Virus record (IMG/VR): IMGVR_UViG_3300036859_000764
Coordinates: 1-51,590 of that record
Strand: one strand, 5' to 3'
Length of the DNA: 51,590 bases
DNA from: a virus
Lineage: Duplodnaviria; Caudoviricetes
This document shows, piece after piece, positions 35,720 through 43,789 of the stretch. A program made the translations under genes and the position numbers. The notes beneath the pieces were generated by a model. The model did no database searches. It was not told the DNA's origin and saw only the letters and a program-made list of their open reading frames with translations. Numbering within the stretch: the first letter of the stretch is position 1; each line of letters begins with the position of its first letter.

Positions 35720-36861
35720 TTGGAGCCGCCCGGGGTTGCCGCCGCCCACTTCGCGCGTACCTCGTCCGCCGTGAGGGTGGGCCAGCGCGGGATGCCGAGG
35801 CTCTTCAGCGTCTTGTGCGCCTCGTAGTCGAACGTGCGGCTCGGATAGCAACTCTCCGGGCACCGGATCACGCCGCCGAGCTTCGCCTTCGACTTCTCGG
35901 CGTCGCCCGGGGTAACCTCACGCTGACAGCCGCAGGCGCAACCGCATACGACGAGGCTCGGCGTGTCGAAGTCGGGCAGTTCCTCGTCGAGCGGGGCACT
36001 AGTCTGTTGAATCTCGGCGTCCTTCTTGGGTGGCTCCGCTGCCTTGGTGGTGGTCGGCGGTGGCGGTGGCGTCTTGTCGCCGTTCGCTTCCGACAGTTCC
36101 GGCACCGTGACCATCGACCGCTCTGCCGGAGGGAGCGCACCGAAGAGGCGACCCTCGTTGGCGAGCGTCTGCTGGATGGCGGCGCGCTTCTGGTCGGGGT
36201 CGCTGATGTCCCACACCTGGACGAGCTTGGGGACGATGAAGGGCTTGCGCTTGAGGTCGCTGACGTTGTAGCTGCCCAGGATCGCGAACAGATTGCGCAC
36301 GGCGGCCTCGATCGCGAGCGTCTGCACCTTGGCGTTGAGGAAGTGCCGGTCGATGGCGAGCCGTGCCGGGCTCATCCCTTTGATCTCGTCGGAGCCCTCG
36401 GACAGGTCGAGGTCGCGGTGTCCCGGGTACTGGCGCATCGCGCCGTCGAAGTCCTGGTGGTACAGGATGGCTTCGTAGTCGCGGTAGTGCGGGCGCGACT
36501 GGTCATCCTGACGGCGCAAAACCGGATTCGCGCCCGCCGCGGCCAGCAGCGCCAGCAGACCGCCCTTGCCCAGGGAGACCACGCCCTTCTTGACGTCGCC
36601 GTGGTACTTCTTGCTGAAGTAGCAGTGCGGGCCGTGGCCGCTGTATTCGTCGACCATCGCAATGGTCGGGTCGATCCAGACCGACCGAAGGCTGATCTGG
36701 TGGAAGGGTTTGACGAAGTCGACGCGCGCCACGGGAGTGAGGACGAAAGCGGCGTCCTCTGTCCGGAGTCGCTCGAGGATTTGCGAGAGCTCGGCCAGGT
36801 CGCCGAGCGGCCGTGCTGGGACGATGTCCCCCGCGGCCTTGACTACGATGGACTGAGACAT
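35716..36861 (-). CDS. Putative single-strand annealing/recombination protein with C-terminal Cys cluster
   Basis: GGAGG RBS; directly upstream of sbcD; SLGKGGLLALLAAAG motif; CGCACGC...C...C. Confidence 0.45.
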   Translation of the reverse strand: MSQSIVVKAAGDIVPARPLGDLAELSQILERLRTEDAAFVLTPVARVDFVKPFHQISLRSVWIDPTIAMVDEYSGHGPHCYFSKKYHGDVKKGVVSLGKGGLLALLAAAGANPVLRRQDDQSRPHYRDYEAILYHQDFDGAMRQYPGHRDLDLSEGSDEIKGMSPARLAIDRHFLNAKVQTLAIEAAVRNLFAILGSYNVSDLKRKPFIVPKLVQVWDISDPDQKRAAIQQTLANEGRLFGALPPAERSMVTVPELSEANGDKTPPPPPTTTKAAEPPKKDAEIQQTSAPLDEELPDFDTPSLVVCGCACGCQREVTPGDAEKSKAKLGGVIRCPESCYPSRTFDYEAHKTLKSLGIPRWPTLTADEVRAKWAAATPGGSK

Positions 36862-36872
36862 ACGTACGCCTC

Positions 36873-37031
36873 CTATCGCTCCGTGCGGAGCTCCTTGAAT
36901 TTCTCGGGGCTGACGTGTTCGCTCTTGGACGTGTGGTCGAGGTCGCCCTGGAAGACGCGCCAGACGATCCCGGCCGCGATCAGGATGAGGAACGCCACGA
37001 GCCGGTAGACGAACCACTCGAGCGCGCTCAT
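36873..37031 (-). CDS. Small membrane protein
   Basis: One TM helix. Confidence 0.55.
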   Translation of the reverse strand: MSALEWFVYRLVAFLILIAAGIVWRVFQGDLDHTSKSEHVSPEKFKELRTER

Positions 37032-37225
37032 CGGCGCTCCCGGTCGAGGCGGTGCAGTTCTTCCGCGGCGTCCCACAGGATCAAGACGACGGCCACGGTG
37101 GCGCTCACGGCCAGCACGACCATTGCGGCGATTTGCAGCGGAGTGCACTTGCCGAGGTACCCGACCATGCCAAAGATCAGCGCGGCGGCGAAGGCCGCCA
37201 GCGAGAGCGTGAGTGGGCGGGTCAT
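37028..37225 (-). CDS. Small two-TM membrane protein
   Basis: Two hydrophobic helices; ATGA overlaps. Confidence 0.6.
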   Translation of the reverse strand: MTRPLTLSLAAFAAALIFGMVGYLGKCTPLQIAAMVVLAVSATVAVVLILWDAAEELHRLDRERR

Positions 37226-38580
37226 GCCGTCATCTCCAACCGCAGACGGCCCGCAAGAGTGCGGAATGCGAGGCCAGCCACGAGCGGAACGACCCCGTTT
37301 CCAGCGGCGCGCAGGCGCTCCACCCGGTGGGCCATCCCATCAGCCAGTCCACGAACGACGGATTCAGGCGCAGCGTGTCGCCCGGTTCGCGTACCTGTCT
37401 GATGAGGCCCCGGTTCGACGCGGGCGTCTGTTTGTCGCCCATGTCGCCCACCGTTGGCGTTTGCCACTGCTGGCGCGAGGTCGGGTCGGGCGGCGAGGAC
37501 GGCGGCCCATCCGGCGGCGTCTCCGGGCCCGGGCGGAAAAGGTGGGAGGTCTCGACCATCGCGTCGAGTTGCCTGCGCCGCTGGCCCGGACGTGCCGCGC
37601 CCTTCCAGTCGTTCGCGCCGGGCGTCGGGAAGAGGAGCGCCGCTTCCTGAAGCGAGGACGGCCCCTTCACCGTGTTCGTGTTCTTGTTCGGGGCTTGCGG
37701 ATTCGTGGCTGGAGTCGGCCAAGCGGTGCATTCCTTCGTGCCGTGCACCGAACCACCGGCAGACTGGAGTTGCGCACGGGCCACGGCCGATTGGAGCGTC
37801 GCGCCGCCCGGACCCTTGCAGCCCGCGGTCGGGGTCGGCCACTCCTTGATCGCACCCGATAGGTCGTGCGCCCGATGGTGCCGATCCGCGAGGGTCGCGC
37901 TCTCGCTCCGACCCGTGCCGTCCGCGTCGTGGGCGTTCGGTGTCGGCCACGCCGCCGCCGACGAGGAGAGATCGTCCGACAGCATCCCCGCCCGGTTGAC
38001 CGCTCCGCGCCCCACCTTCCGGCGCCACGCCTCCGTGACCGGCCGGGTCGGTGCTCTCCGCGGGTCGCCATCCCGCGCCGATACGGTGGGCCAGGATGAA
38101 GAGCCGCTCGCGCTTGTGCGGCGCTCCCACGTCGCTCGCTCGAAAACTGTCCCACTCCGCATCGAACCCGAGCGAGGCAAGGTCTTCCAGCACGAGGGCG
38201 AGGCCATGCCGGAGGAGCCCGGGGACGTTCTCGAGGAAGACGAGGGCGGGGTCGACCTCTCGGATGATCCGGGCGATGTCGGGCCACAGCCACCGGTCGT
38301 CGCTGGTCCCGCCGCGCTTTCCTGCGACCGACCACGGCTGACACGGGAAGCCCGCAGTGACGATATCCACGACTCCACGCCACGGCTCGCCTGCGAAGGT
38401 AAGCACGTCGTCCCAGACAGGAGCGAGATCCAGGGCCTTGTCTTCCATCCGCGCCACGAGGACGGCCGCTGCATAGGCTTCCCGCTCGACGTGCACCACG
38501 GTGCGATAGGACTCTCCGAGAGCGAGCCGGAGCCCCAGATCGAGCCCACCGACCCCCGAACAGAGAGCCAAGCCATTCAC
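37222..38580 (-). CDS. C5 cytosine DNA methyltransferase, alpha polypeptide (motifs I-VIII and X)
   Basis: LCSGVGG, AGFPCQ, FLENVPG, HKRERLF, RLRAAGNGVVP. Confidence 0.92.
   Translation of the reverse strand: MNGLALCSGVGGLDLGLRLALGESYRTVVHVEREAYAAAVLVARMEDKALDLAPVWDDVLTFAGEPWRGVVDIVTAGFPCQPWSVAGKRGGTSDDRWLWPDIARIIREVDPALVFLENVPGLLRHGLALVLEDLASLGFDAEWDSFRASDVGAPHKRERLFILAHRIGAGWRPAESTDPAGHGGVAPEGGARSGQPGGDAVGRSLLVGGGVADTERPRRGRHGSERERDPRGSAPSGARPIGCDQGVADPDRGLQGSGRRDAPIGRGPCATPVCRWFGARHEGMHRLADSSHESASPEQEHEHGEGAVLASGSGAPLPDARRERLEGRGTSGPAAQATRRDGRDLPPFPPGPGDAAGWAAVLAARPDLAPAVANANGGRHGRQTDARVEPGPHQTGTRTGRHAAPESVVRGLADGMAHRVERLRAAGNGVVPLVAGLAFRTLAGRLRLEMTA
37230..38576 (-). CDS. Overlapping +1-frame methyltransferase beta polypeptide (WPTP repeats and motif IX)
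   Basis: 448 open codons; six [WF]-[PQ]-T-[PV] repeats; C-terminal LRLNPSFVDWLMGWPTGW. Confidence 0.8.
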   Translation of the reverse strand: MAWLSVRGSVGSIWGSGSLSESPIAPWCTSSGKPMQRPSSWRGWKTRPWISLLSGTTCLPSQASRGVESWISSLRASRVSRGRSQESAAGPATTGGCGPTSPGSSERSTPPSSSSRTSPGSSGMASPSCWKTLPRSGSMRSGTVFERATWERRTSASGSSSWPTVSARDGDPRRAPTRPVTEAWRRKVGRGAVNRAGMLSDDLSSSAAAWPTPNAHDADGTGRSESATLADRHHRAHDLSGAIKEWPTPTAGCKGPGGATLQSAVARAQLQSAGGSVHGTKECTAWPTPATNPQAPNKNTNTVKGPSSLQEAALLFPTPGANDWKGAARPGQRRRQLDAMVETSHLFRPGPETPPDGPPSSPPDPTSRQQWQTPTVGDMGDKQTPASNRGLIRQVREPGDTLRLNPSFVDWLMGWPTGWSACAPLETGSFRSWLASHSALLRAVCGWR

Positions 38581-38696
38581 CGCGCCAGTTCCGGCGGCGG
38601 AGGGTAGGGGCCCTCGTGGTAGCGGCGCCCCCCGCCGGAGGCCATCACGAGGGTCGCGAGGATCAGGAGGAGGAGGAACGTGAGAATCCGCCTCAT
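38577..38696 (-). CDS. 39-aa signal-peptide-bearing peptide
   Basis: GGAGG RBS; MRRILTFLLLLILATLVMA-SGGGRRYHEGPYPPPPELAR; overlaps both neighbours by 4 nt. Confidence 0.6.
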   Translation of the reverse strand: MRRILTFLLLLILATLVMASGGGRRYHEGPYPPPPELAR

Positions 38697-39274
38697 CGCG
38701 CCCTCCACGCCCGACCGAACGCGATCTGGCTGTACGTGCCGAAGCGCCGCTGCCCGGAGTAGTCCACCGACGACACCCCCGACAGCAGCGCCCGCACGAA
38801 GAACCCCGCCCCGATGTCCCGCCGCCCGATCAACTCAAGGGCGCGGACGCGGTTCGATTGCGCGGAGCGCGTGAAGAGTTCGTGGCGGTAGACGATGGCA
38901 CTCTGGCCCGCGGCGAGTCCGGCCCGCGCGAAGCCCACGTCCTTGACCCACGTCCCGCCGTTGCGGTGCCGGTAGTCGGCGCCCACGATCAGCCACGGCG
39001 TCGCGTGCAACTCCAGGTCGAGGCCGCCGATCCAGCCGCGGCCGTTCTCCACCTTGTGGGAGTAATCGAACGTGCCGGCCAGGAGGAGACGGCCGGTCGA
39101 ACCGGAGAGGCGCGCGAGGGGCGAGTACGCGCCCTCGCCGAGACCACTGGAGGCTGTCCCTCCCACGGATAGCGTGACCTCGTCGCTGCACGCGCGGTCG
39201 ATGAGGACGAGAGTCGTTACGCCCAGGAGGGCGACGATGAGCGCGGCCCGCAGGCTCCGGCCGTTGCGGGTCAC
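38693..39274 (-). CDS. Putative outer-membrane beta-barrel protein
   Basis: Signal peptide, about ten amphipathic strands with alternating hydrophobic residues, terminal SQIAFGRAW. Confidence 0.6.
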   Translation of the reverse strand: MTRNGRSLRAALIVALLGVTTLVLIDRACSDEVTLSVGGTASSGLGEGAYSPLARLSGSTGRLLLAGTFDYSHKVENGRGWIGGLDLELHATPWLIVGADYRHRNGGTWVKDVGFARAGLAAGQSAIVYRHELFTRSAQSNRVRALELIGRRDIGAGFFVRALLSGVSSVDYSGQRRFGTYSQIAFGRAWRAR

Positions 39275-39468
39275 TGGCGCACCGTGCGCAGGTCAGTCGC
39301 GCGAAAACCCCACAGCCCACCTGACGGCACGCGCACCATGACCTCGGCGTCCCCGTTGCCGGTGGGCGTGACCTCCTCCACTCGCCCCTTGATGACCTTG
39401 GCGCGAGGGCCGGCGAAGGCAGGGCCGGACACGACCTTGACGAAGTCACCAACCCGAGGGGCGCTCAC
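39271..39468 (-). CDS. Small SH3/KOW-like protein
   Basis: VGDFVKVVSGP...GRVEEV. Confidence 0.55.
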   Translation of the reverse strand: MSAPRVGDFVKVVSGPAFAGPRAKVIKGRVEEVTPTGNGDAEVMVRVPSGGLWGFRATDLRTVRQ

Positions 39469-39836
39469 TGGCGGGCCTCAGCCTTCTCGGCCCTGCCGAA
39501 TGCGGCTTCTTCGTCGGGGCTCAGGGTGGCGCACTGCTCGGGCGTGAGAAGTCGACGGCACGCCCGCGAGATCAGAGCGAGGTCGGCGGCCATCGTCGGC
39601 GCGGCGGCGATCAGGCGGGCGTTGGCGAAATGCTCATAACTGCGGGTGTAATCGTGGCCCCCTTCGGCGTTCGGGGCCCCGTTGTCCCGCCCATCCGGGG
39701 GCAGGATGTGCAAGTCGTGCGGCCGGTGCGGTTCCACGAGGTACGCGAGCGGCTCGCCGTTCCCTTCGGCGAAGATCCCGTAGTACGGGCCGTCGCCGTT
39801 GTCGCAGACCCACGGCCCCGGCGTGTGGGCGCTCAC
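39465..39836 (-). CDS. Conserved phage protein
   Basis: HTPGPW...ANARLIAAAP pattern. Confidence 0.75.
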   Translation of the reverse strand: MSAHTPGPWVCDNGDGPYYGIFAEGNGEPLAYLVEPHRPHDLHILPPDGRDNGAPNAEGGHDYTRSYEHFANARLIAAAPTMAADLALISRACRRLLTPEQCATLSPDEEAAFGRAEKAEARQ

Positions 39837-40051
39837 TTGGCCTCGCGCAGCCCACCATTGCCGAGGCAGACGGGGCAGGGATTCATGTACTGCTCGCCCG
39901 GCACCTCCGACAACGTGCCGTCCTCGTGCTCGACGAATCGAGAGAGCGTCCAATTGATGGGCTGTTTCGGGTCGGCCCCGCTGCCACCGCAGGCTGAGCA
40001 GGCGTGGACGGTCAGCGCGTCCGTGACCGGCATGTACTGAGGGGCGCTCAC
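39833..40051 (-). CDS. DnaJ-type Zn-finger small protein
   Basis: CSACGGSG...CPVCLGNG. Confidence 0.7.
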   Translation of the reverse strand: MSAPQYMPVTDALTVHACSACGGSGADPKQPINWTLSRFVEHEDGTLSEVPGEQYMNPCPVCLGNGGLREAK

Positions 40052-40800
40052 TGGACCAACTCCGCCAGCGGCGAGTCCTCGGATAGAACCGTGTCGCCGT
40101 TCTCCTCCTCGGCGTCATAGACGGTGCCCTGATGGTCCTTGTCGTTGTCGGGGACAATGACCGGAGTCAGGCCACGCTTCGCCAGCTTGGCCATGTAGTC
40201 CCCCTCGTCTTTCGACTGACTCTCGGTGACGAGGACTTCGATGCGCTCGGGCTTGAACGCGCGGAAGATGCCAGGCGTCGGCTCGGGTCGCCCCTCGAGC
40301 GGATCCCTGCCCGTCTCAACGGTCACGATTTCGCGGACGGTCTGATTGGTCAGGACGCCCGGGGCCGTACCGGGGAGCATGGACCAGTGAGGCACCGCCT
40401 TCGGATGAGCCAGCAGCACCCACGTCTCCCCGATCTTCAGGTCCTTGGGGACGGTGGAGATGCGGCGGCTGATGCCGAGGTCGTGTGCCTCCTGGGCGAA
40501 GTCGGCGGGCGTCTTGTAGAACCGCTCGCCGATCCAGAGCAGCCCGGCCTTGTGGCTGTCGTCCTTGCCTGCACACATGACACAGCCGGGGTAATCGACA
40601 CAGGGTTCGTGCGGGCCGCCGGTCAATGCGGCGAGATCAACCCACGTCCATCCACGCGCCTGTTTGATGCCGGCGCTGCACGTCGGGCAGACCGTCAGCG
40701 GGAATGGCATCCGGTCGCACGGCAGGCCGATGCCGCTCGAAACGAGATAGATTCCGCCGACCTTCCGATAGCCGCATCCGCGGCGCGCTTCGACGCTCAC
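40048..40800 (-). CDS. Conserved Cys-rich phage protein
   Basis: EARRGCGYRKVGGIYL, LLWIGERFY, GISRRI. Confidence 0.75.
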   Translation of the reverse strand: MSVEARRGCGYRKVGGIYLVSSGIGLPCDRMPFPLTVCPTCSAGIKQARGWTWVDLAALTGGPHEPCVDYPGCVMCAGKDDSHKAGLLWIGERFYKTPADFAQEAHDLGISRRISTVPKDLKIGETWVLLAHPKAVPHWSMLPGTAPGVLTNQTVREIVTVETGRDPLEGRPEPTPGIFRAFKPERIEVLVTESQSKDEGDYMAKLAKRGLTPVIVPDNDKDHQGTVYDAEEENGDTVLSEDSPLAELVQ

Positions 40801-41006
40801 GGGCGGGCCTCGCGCAGGGCAGGGACGGCGCGGAAGGCGGCGTTGCGGGCCATCTCGGCGTATTCGGCCCAATACTCCGGCCATGCCAGCTTCAGCCGGT
40901 CGAGGTTCTGCGGATCAGCCTTGCCAGCAGCGGCGGCCAGAGCCTTCACGAAGCCGCCACCGAATCGCTCCATCGCTGCGATGATCTGGACGTCGCTCTC
41001 GCTCAC
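40797..41006 (-). CDS. Conserved small phage protein
   Basis: MERFGGGFVKALA...ADPQNLDRLKLAWPEYW; GGAGG RBS. Confidence 0.75.
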   Translation of the reverse strand: MSESDVQIIAAMERFGGGFVKALAAAAGKADPQNLDRLKLAWPEYWAEYAEMARNAAFRAVPALREARP

Positions 41007-41422
41007 CTTAGCCTCCATGAAGCGCGCTCGGCCGTAGCGCAGGGCGCGCAGATTCCGTGGGTGGCTGGCTCGATGCCCTCGCTCATCACGGAGGGCGGCA
41101 CGCACCAGGAGCAGACGCGGCGGTGGGCCTTGAGCTCGAGCGGCCTGAAGAACTCGGCCGAGGGCCCGATGTGCCAGCCGGAGGCGGGGGCCTGCGCGAA
41201 GTCGTCCGGCTTGGGCCGGACTTCGCCCGACGAGGCGCGGGGGGCGCGAGCAATGCGCAGAACTTCCCGCGCCCAGGCGATCTGTGGCGCGGCTAAAGCG
41301 CTGGGAAGCCTATGGCGAGCCCGGCCCTTGTGAGGGGCTTGCGAAGCGAGTTGTCCTGCGGGGGTATCCGATGCGCTCCGTCGATCATGCGGGACCAGCG
41401 TCTTTGCGGCACGGGCTGCCAT
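41003..41422 (-). CDS. First early gene, C-terminal Zn finger
   Basis: GGAG RBS; VCSWC...THGICAPC. Confidence 0.6.
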   Translation of the reverse strand: MAARAAKTLVPHDRRSASDTPAGQLASQAPHKGRARHRLPSALAAPQIAWAREVLRIARAPRASSGEVRPKPDDFAQAPASGWHIGPSAEFFRPLELKAHRRVCSWCVPPSVMSEGIEPATHGICAPCATAERASWRLR

Positions 41423-41501
41423 CTGGCTCCACCCTCGACCCCCCGTGCTAGTTCATGACCTACTTGGCGCCGGCCTGGGGGTCCTGACGACCGACGCCGG
41501 G

Positions 41502-41530
41502 AATATAGGGCCGTTGTGCGTACATGTCAA
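41502..41530 (-). promoter_or_regulatory. Early lytic sigma-70 promoter
   Basis: TTGACA (41530-41525)-N17-TATATT (41507-41502). Confidence 0.85.
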
Positions 41531-41557
41531 GCCAAAAGTGGAGCCCTTGCTTTCCCC

Positions 41558-41586
41558 TTGTGCGTAGACGCCGAGGGGAGTATATT
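41558..41586 (+). promoter_or_regulatory. Divergent leaderless promoter
   Basis: TTGTGC-N17-TATATT, 7 nt before ATG 41594. Confidence 0.7.
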
Positions 41587-41593
41587 CCCGCCG

Positions 41594-41755
41594 ATGGCAC
41601 GCAAGGACCGCACCGCCCAGAACATGGCCCGGAAGCGCTGGAACAAGGCAACCGCCGAGCAGCGTCTGGAGACCGGGCGCCGGCTCGCGGAAGCGAGGGC
41701 GCTGGCGAAGCAGCGGCGTGAAGCCGCCGCTCAGGCCGAGGCCGAGGTCGCCTAG
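41594..41755 (+). CDS. 53-aa basic helical protein at the repressor position
   Basis: MARKDRTAQNMARKRWNKATAEQRLETGRRLAEARALAKQRREAAAQAEAEVA; has its own promoter; stop overlaps the integrase stop. Confidence 0.7.
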   Translation: MARKDRTAQNMARKRWNKATAEQRLETGRRLAEARALAKQRREAAAQAEAEVA

Positions 41756-42936
41756 CCCTTCTTCAGTGGGACCACCTTCGGGATCTGGCCCTCCCGCTTC
41801 GCCCGATCCGCGTCCAGCCTCTCCGCGAATGCCTTCAACGAGTCCGGATCCCCGCCGATGTACCCGGCGTGCGTGGCCTGGTCGTCGTGGCCCGCGGCCG
41901 CCATCCGGACCGCGAGCGGCGCGCCGAGCGCATCCCACCGCCGGAGCACCGTGCGGCGGATATCGTGCGGGACCTTCGCCCCGGACCACGGCCCGGACCG
42001 ACCCTCGAGCTTTCCGAAGCCGGCCCGCCGGCAGGCCGAGGACCAGGCGCGCCGCATGTCCCCGAGCGGCGACCCGTTCATGCGGCAGAACACCCAGGGG
42101 ATGATCCTCCCCGCGTCCTGCTCGAGGACGTCGATCCATAGCCGCTGGTCGATGAGCAACGACCGGAGACGCTCCGTGAAAGGGAAGACCCGCGCCTTGC
42201 CGCTCTTCGAGTGTCCCGGGTCAAGGTGCAGCCACCCGCCCTCGAAGTCCACGTCCGTCCACTTCCGCGTCTTCAACTCCGACTGCGCGCGCCACCCGAC
42301 CTCATCGGCCACGAGGTAGAACTGGCACCACCACGTGGGGAGCTGCGCGAGGATCCCTTGCAGCTCGTCCGGCCGGATCGTCTGCTGGCGCCGCTCGACG
42401 TGGATCACGGGAAACTTCGGAATCGCCACGATAAGCCCCTGCTCGTGCGCAAGCCCCATCGCCCGGCGCAGACAGCGAAGGTCGAGCGCGATCGTCGAGT
42501 CTCGGTAGGGATGCGCGCGCTGATGCTCTACGTATTCGAGGATGCGCGAACGGTTGATTCTCCCGGCCAGGTCATCCTTCAGGAAGGGGCGCAGCCGGTC
42601 GAACGCCGTCTTGTAGACGAGTTGGGTGTGAGGCTTCAAGACGGCGCACTCCGCGATGGCGACGCGCTCCAAGACCGAGAACATGGTGCGCCGCGGGTCC
42701 TCCTCGAGTCCGGCCAGGACTTCGCCGCGTCGTTTGTCCCCGGCGTCTCGGGCCTCTCTCTGTGTCCTATAGCCGCCGGGCTTCTCGTGTGATCCGCTAC
42801 CGCTGTGCGTCTTGCCGCGGAACGTGAACCGCCAGCTCCAAGTGCCCGCCGTGCGCAGCCGACGCTTCCCGGGATTGTCCGGATCGGGCTCGGTCCAGGT
42901 GGCCCGGAAGACGTGCGTGATTCCTCGGTCGCTCAT
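41752..42936 (-). CDS. int: Tyrosine integrase
   Basis: Arm-binding N-terminus; catalytic R (GWRAQSEL), K (HSKSG), HDIRR, AGH and Y (HAGYI). Confidence 0.92.
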   Translation of the reverse strand: MSDRGITHVFRATWTEPDPDNPGKRRLRTAGTWSWRFTFRGKTHSGSGSHEKPGGYRTQREARDAGDKRRGEVLAGLEEDPRRTMFSVLERVAIAECAVLKPHTQLVYKTAFDRLRPFLKDDLAGRINRSRILEYVEHQRAHPYRDSTIALDLRCLRRAMGLAHEQGLIVAIPKFPVIHVERRQQTIRPDELQGILAQLPTWWCQFYLVADEVGWRAQSELKTRKWTDVDFEGGWLHLDPGHSKSGKARVFPFTERLRSLLIDQRLWIDVLEQDAGRIIPWVFCRMNGSPLGDMRRAWSSACRRAGFGKLEGRSGPWSGAKVPHDIRRTVLRRWDALGAPLAVRMAAAGHDDQATHAGYIGGDPDSLKAFAERLDADRAKREGQIPKVVPLKKG

Positions 42937-42947
42937 GGGCTGAGATT

Positions 42948-43403
42948 TCAGCGCACATCGTACTTGCGCCCACGGGCCCTTGTCATGGTACCGGCGCTGT
43001 CACATCCGCAGGCCCCCGTCATGTGCTCGCGGATCCCCGTGAGTGACACGCGGAAGCCGTGCCCGCTGATCTGAGGCTTGCAGAAGTGCAGCCCTCGCCA
43101 GTGCCGACCGAGCGTTCTGGCGCTCGTCTGGAGCATGGGCGCCGCCTCGCGGGCGGAGAGCCATCTCTCTTCTACTGGCGGGGCCATCGGCAGGCTGAGC
43201 TGCCGTAGCCCGAGCCGCCGGTCAATCTCATCGTCCGCCTCCCGCGCGTAGGACGCGCACACGCAGGACAGAGAGGCGAGCGCCCCCAGCCCCGGCGACG
43301 TCTTGGCCGCGCTCAACATCGCGCGGAGGATGCGGGCGAGTGGATCCTCGCCACGGTCATCTACGAGAGGGTCACGTGCCGGGCCCGTCAGCGTGGTGGA
43401 CAT
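42948..43403 (-). CDS. Excisionase-like protein with C-terminal winged HTH
   Basis: WLSAREAAPMLQTSARTLGR...GFRVS; directly upstream of int. Confidence 0.65.
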   Translation of the reverse strand: MSTTLTGPARDPLVDDRGEDPLARILRAMLSAAKTSPGLGALASLSCVCASYAREADDEIDRRLGLRQLSLPMAPPVEERWLSAREAAPMLQTSARTLGRHWRGLHFCKPQISGHGFRVSLTGIREHMTGACGCDSAGTMTRARGRKYDVR

Positions 43404-43520
43404 TGCCCTGGCCCCGGGTGACCCGAGCGTAGATATACGACGGCCGCAGCGGAAGGTTCCGACCGCCAACCTACCGAGCGGTAGGAAGGAATTAAATGTA
43501 CGGTTGCCGTCGCTTTTCTC

Positions 43521-43549
43521 TTGACAATGCGCCGGAGTCCGCCTATATT
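43521..43549 (+). promoter_or_regulatory. Strong leaderless sigma-70 promoter
   Basis: TTGACA-N17-TATATT, 6 nt before ATG 43556. Confidence 0.85.
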
Positions 43550-43555
43550 GGGTGC

Positions 43556-43789
43556 ATGAAGAATAGCTACTACGTAATCCAGCCGATCATGAGCCTCGAC
43601 CAGCCAGACTGGGCCGAGTCCGCCACGATCATCAGCCGCCACCGTAGCCAGGCAGCGGCCGATCTCAAGATCGCCCGGGCCACCGCTAGACTCCGCCGGC
43701 AGCCCGGTCAGGCTCAGTCCTGGCTCGACTGGCATGTTGTGGAGGCCGATCGGCTCAGCGCCAAGAAGCGCGCCCGATTCGCGGCCTAG
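43556..43789 (+). CDS. Hypothetical protein, 77 aa
   Basis: ATG at the predicted transcription start. Confidence 0.7.
   Translation: MKNSYYVIQPIMSLDQPDWAESATIISRHRSQAAADLKIARATARLRRQPGQAQSWLDWHVVEADRLSAKKRARFAA

Noticed and set aside
41594-41755. Integration-dependent immunity with attP inside the small gene
   Set aside because: No tRNA-like or other recognisable att core is visible; only the nonpolar C-terminus hints at it, and that is common in GC-rich ORFs.
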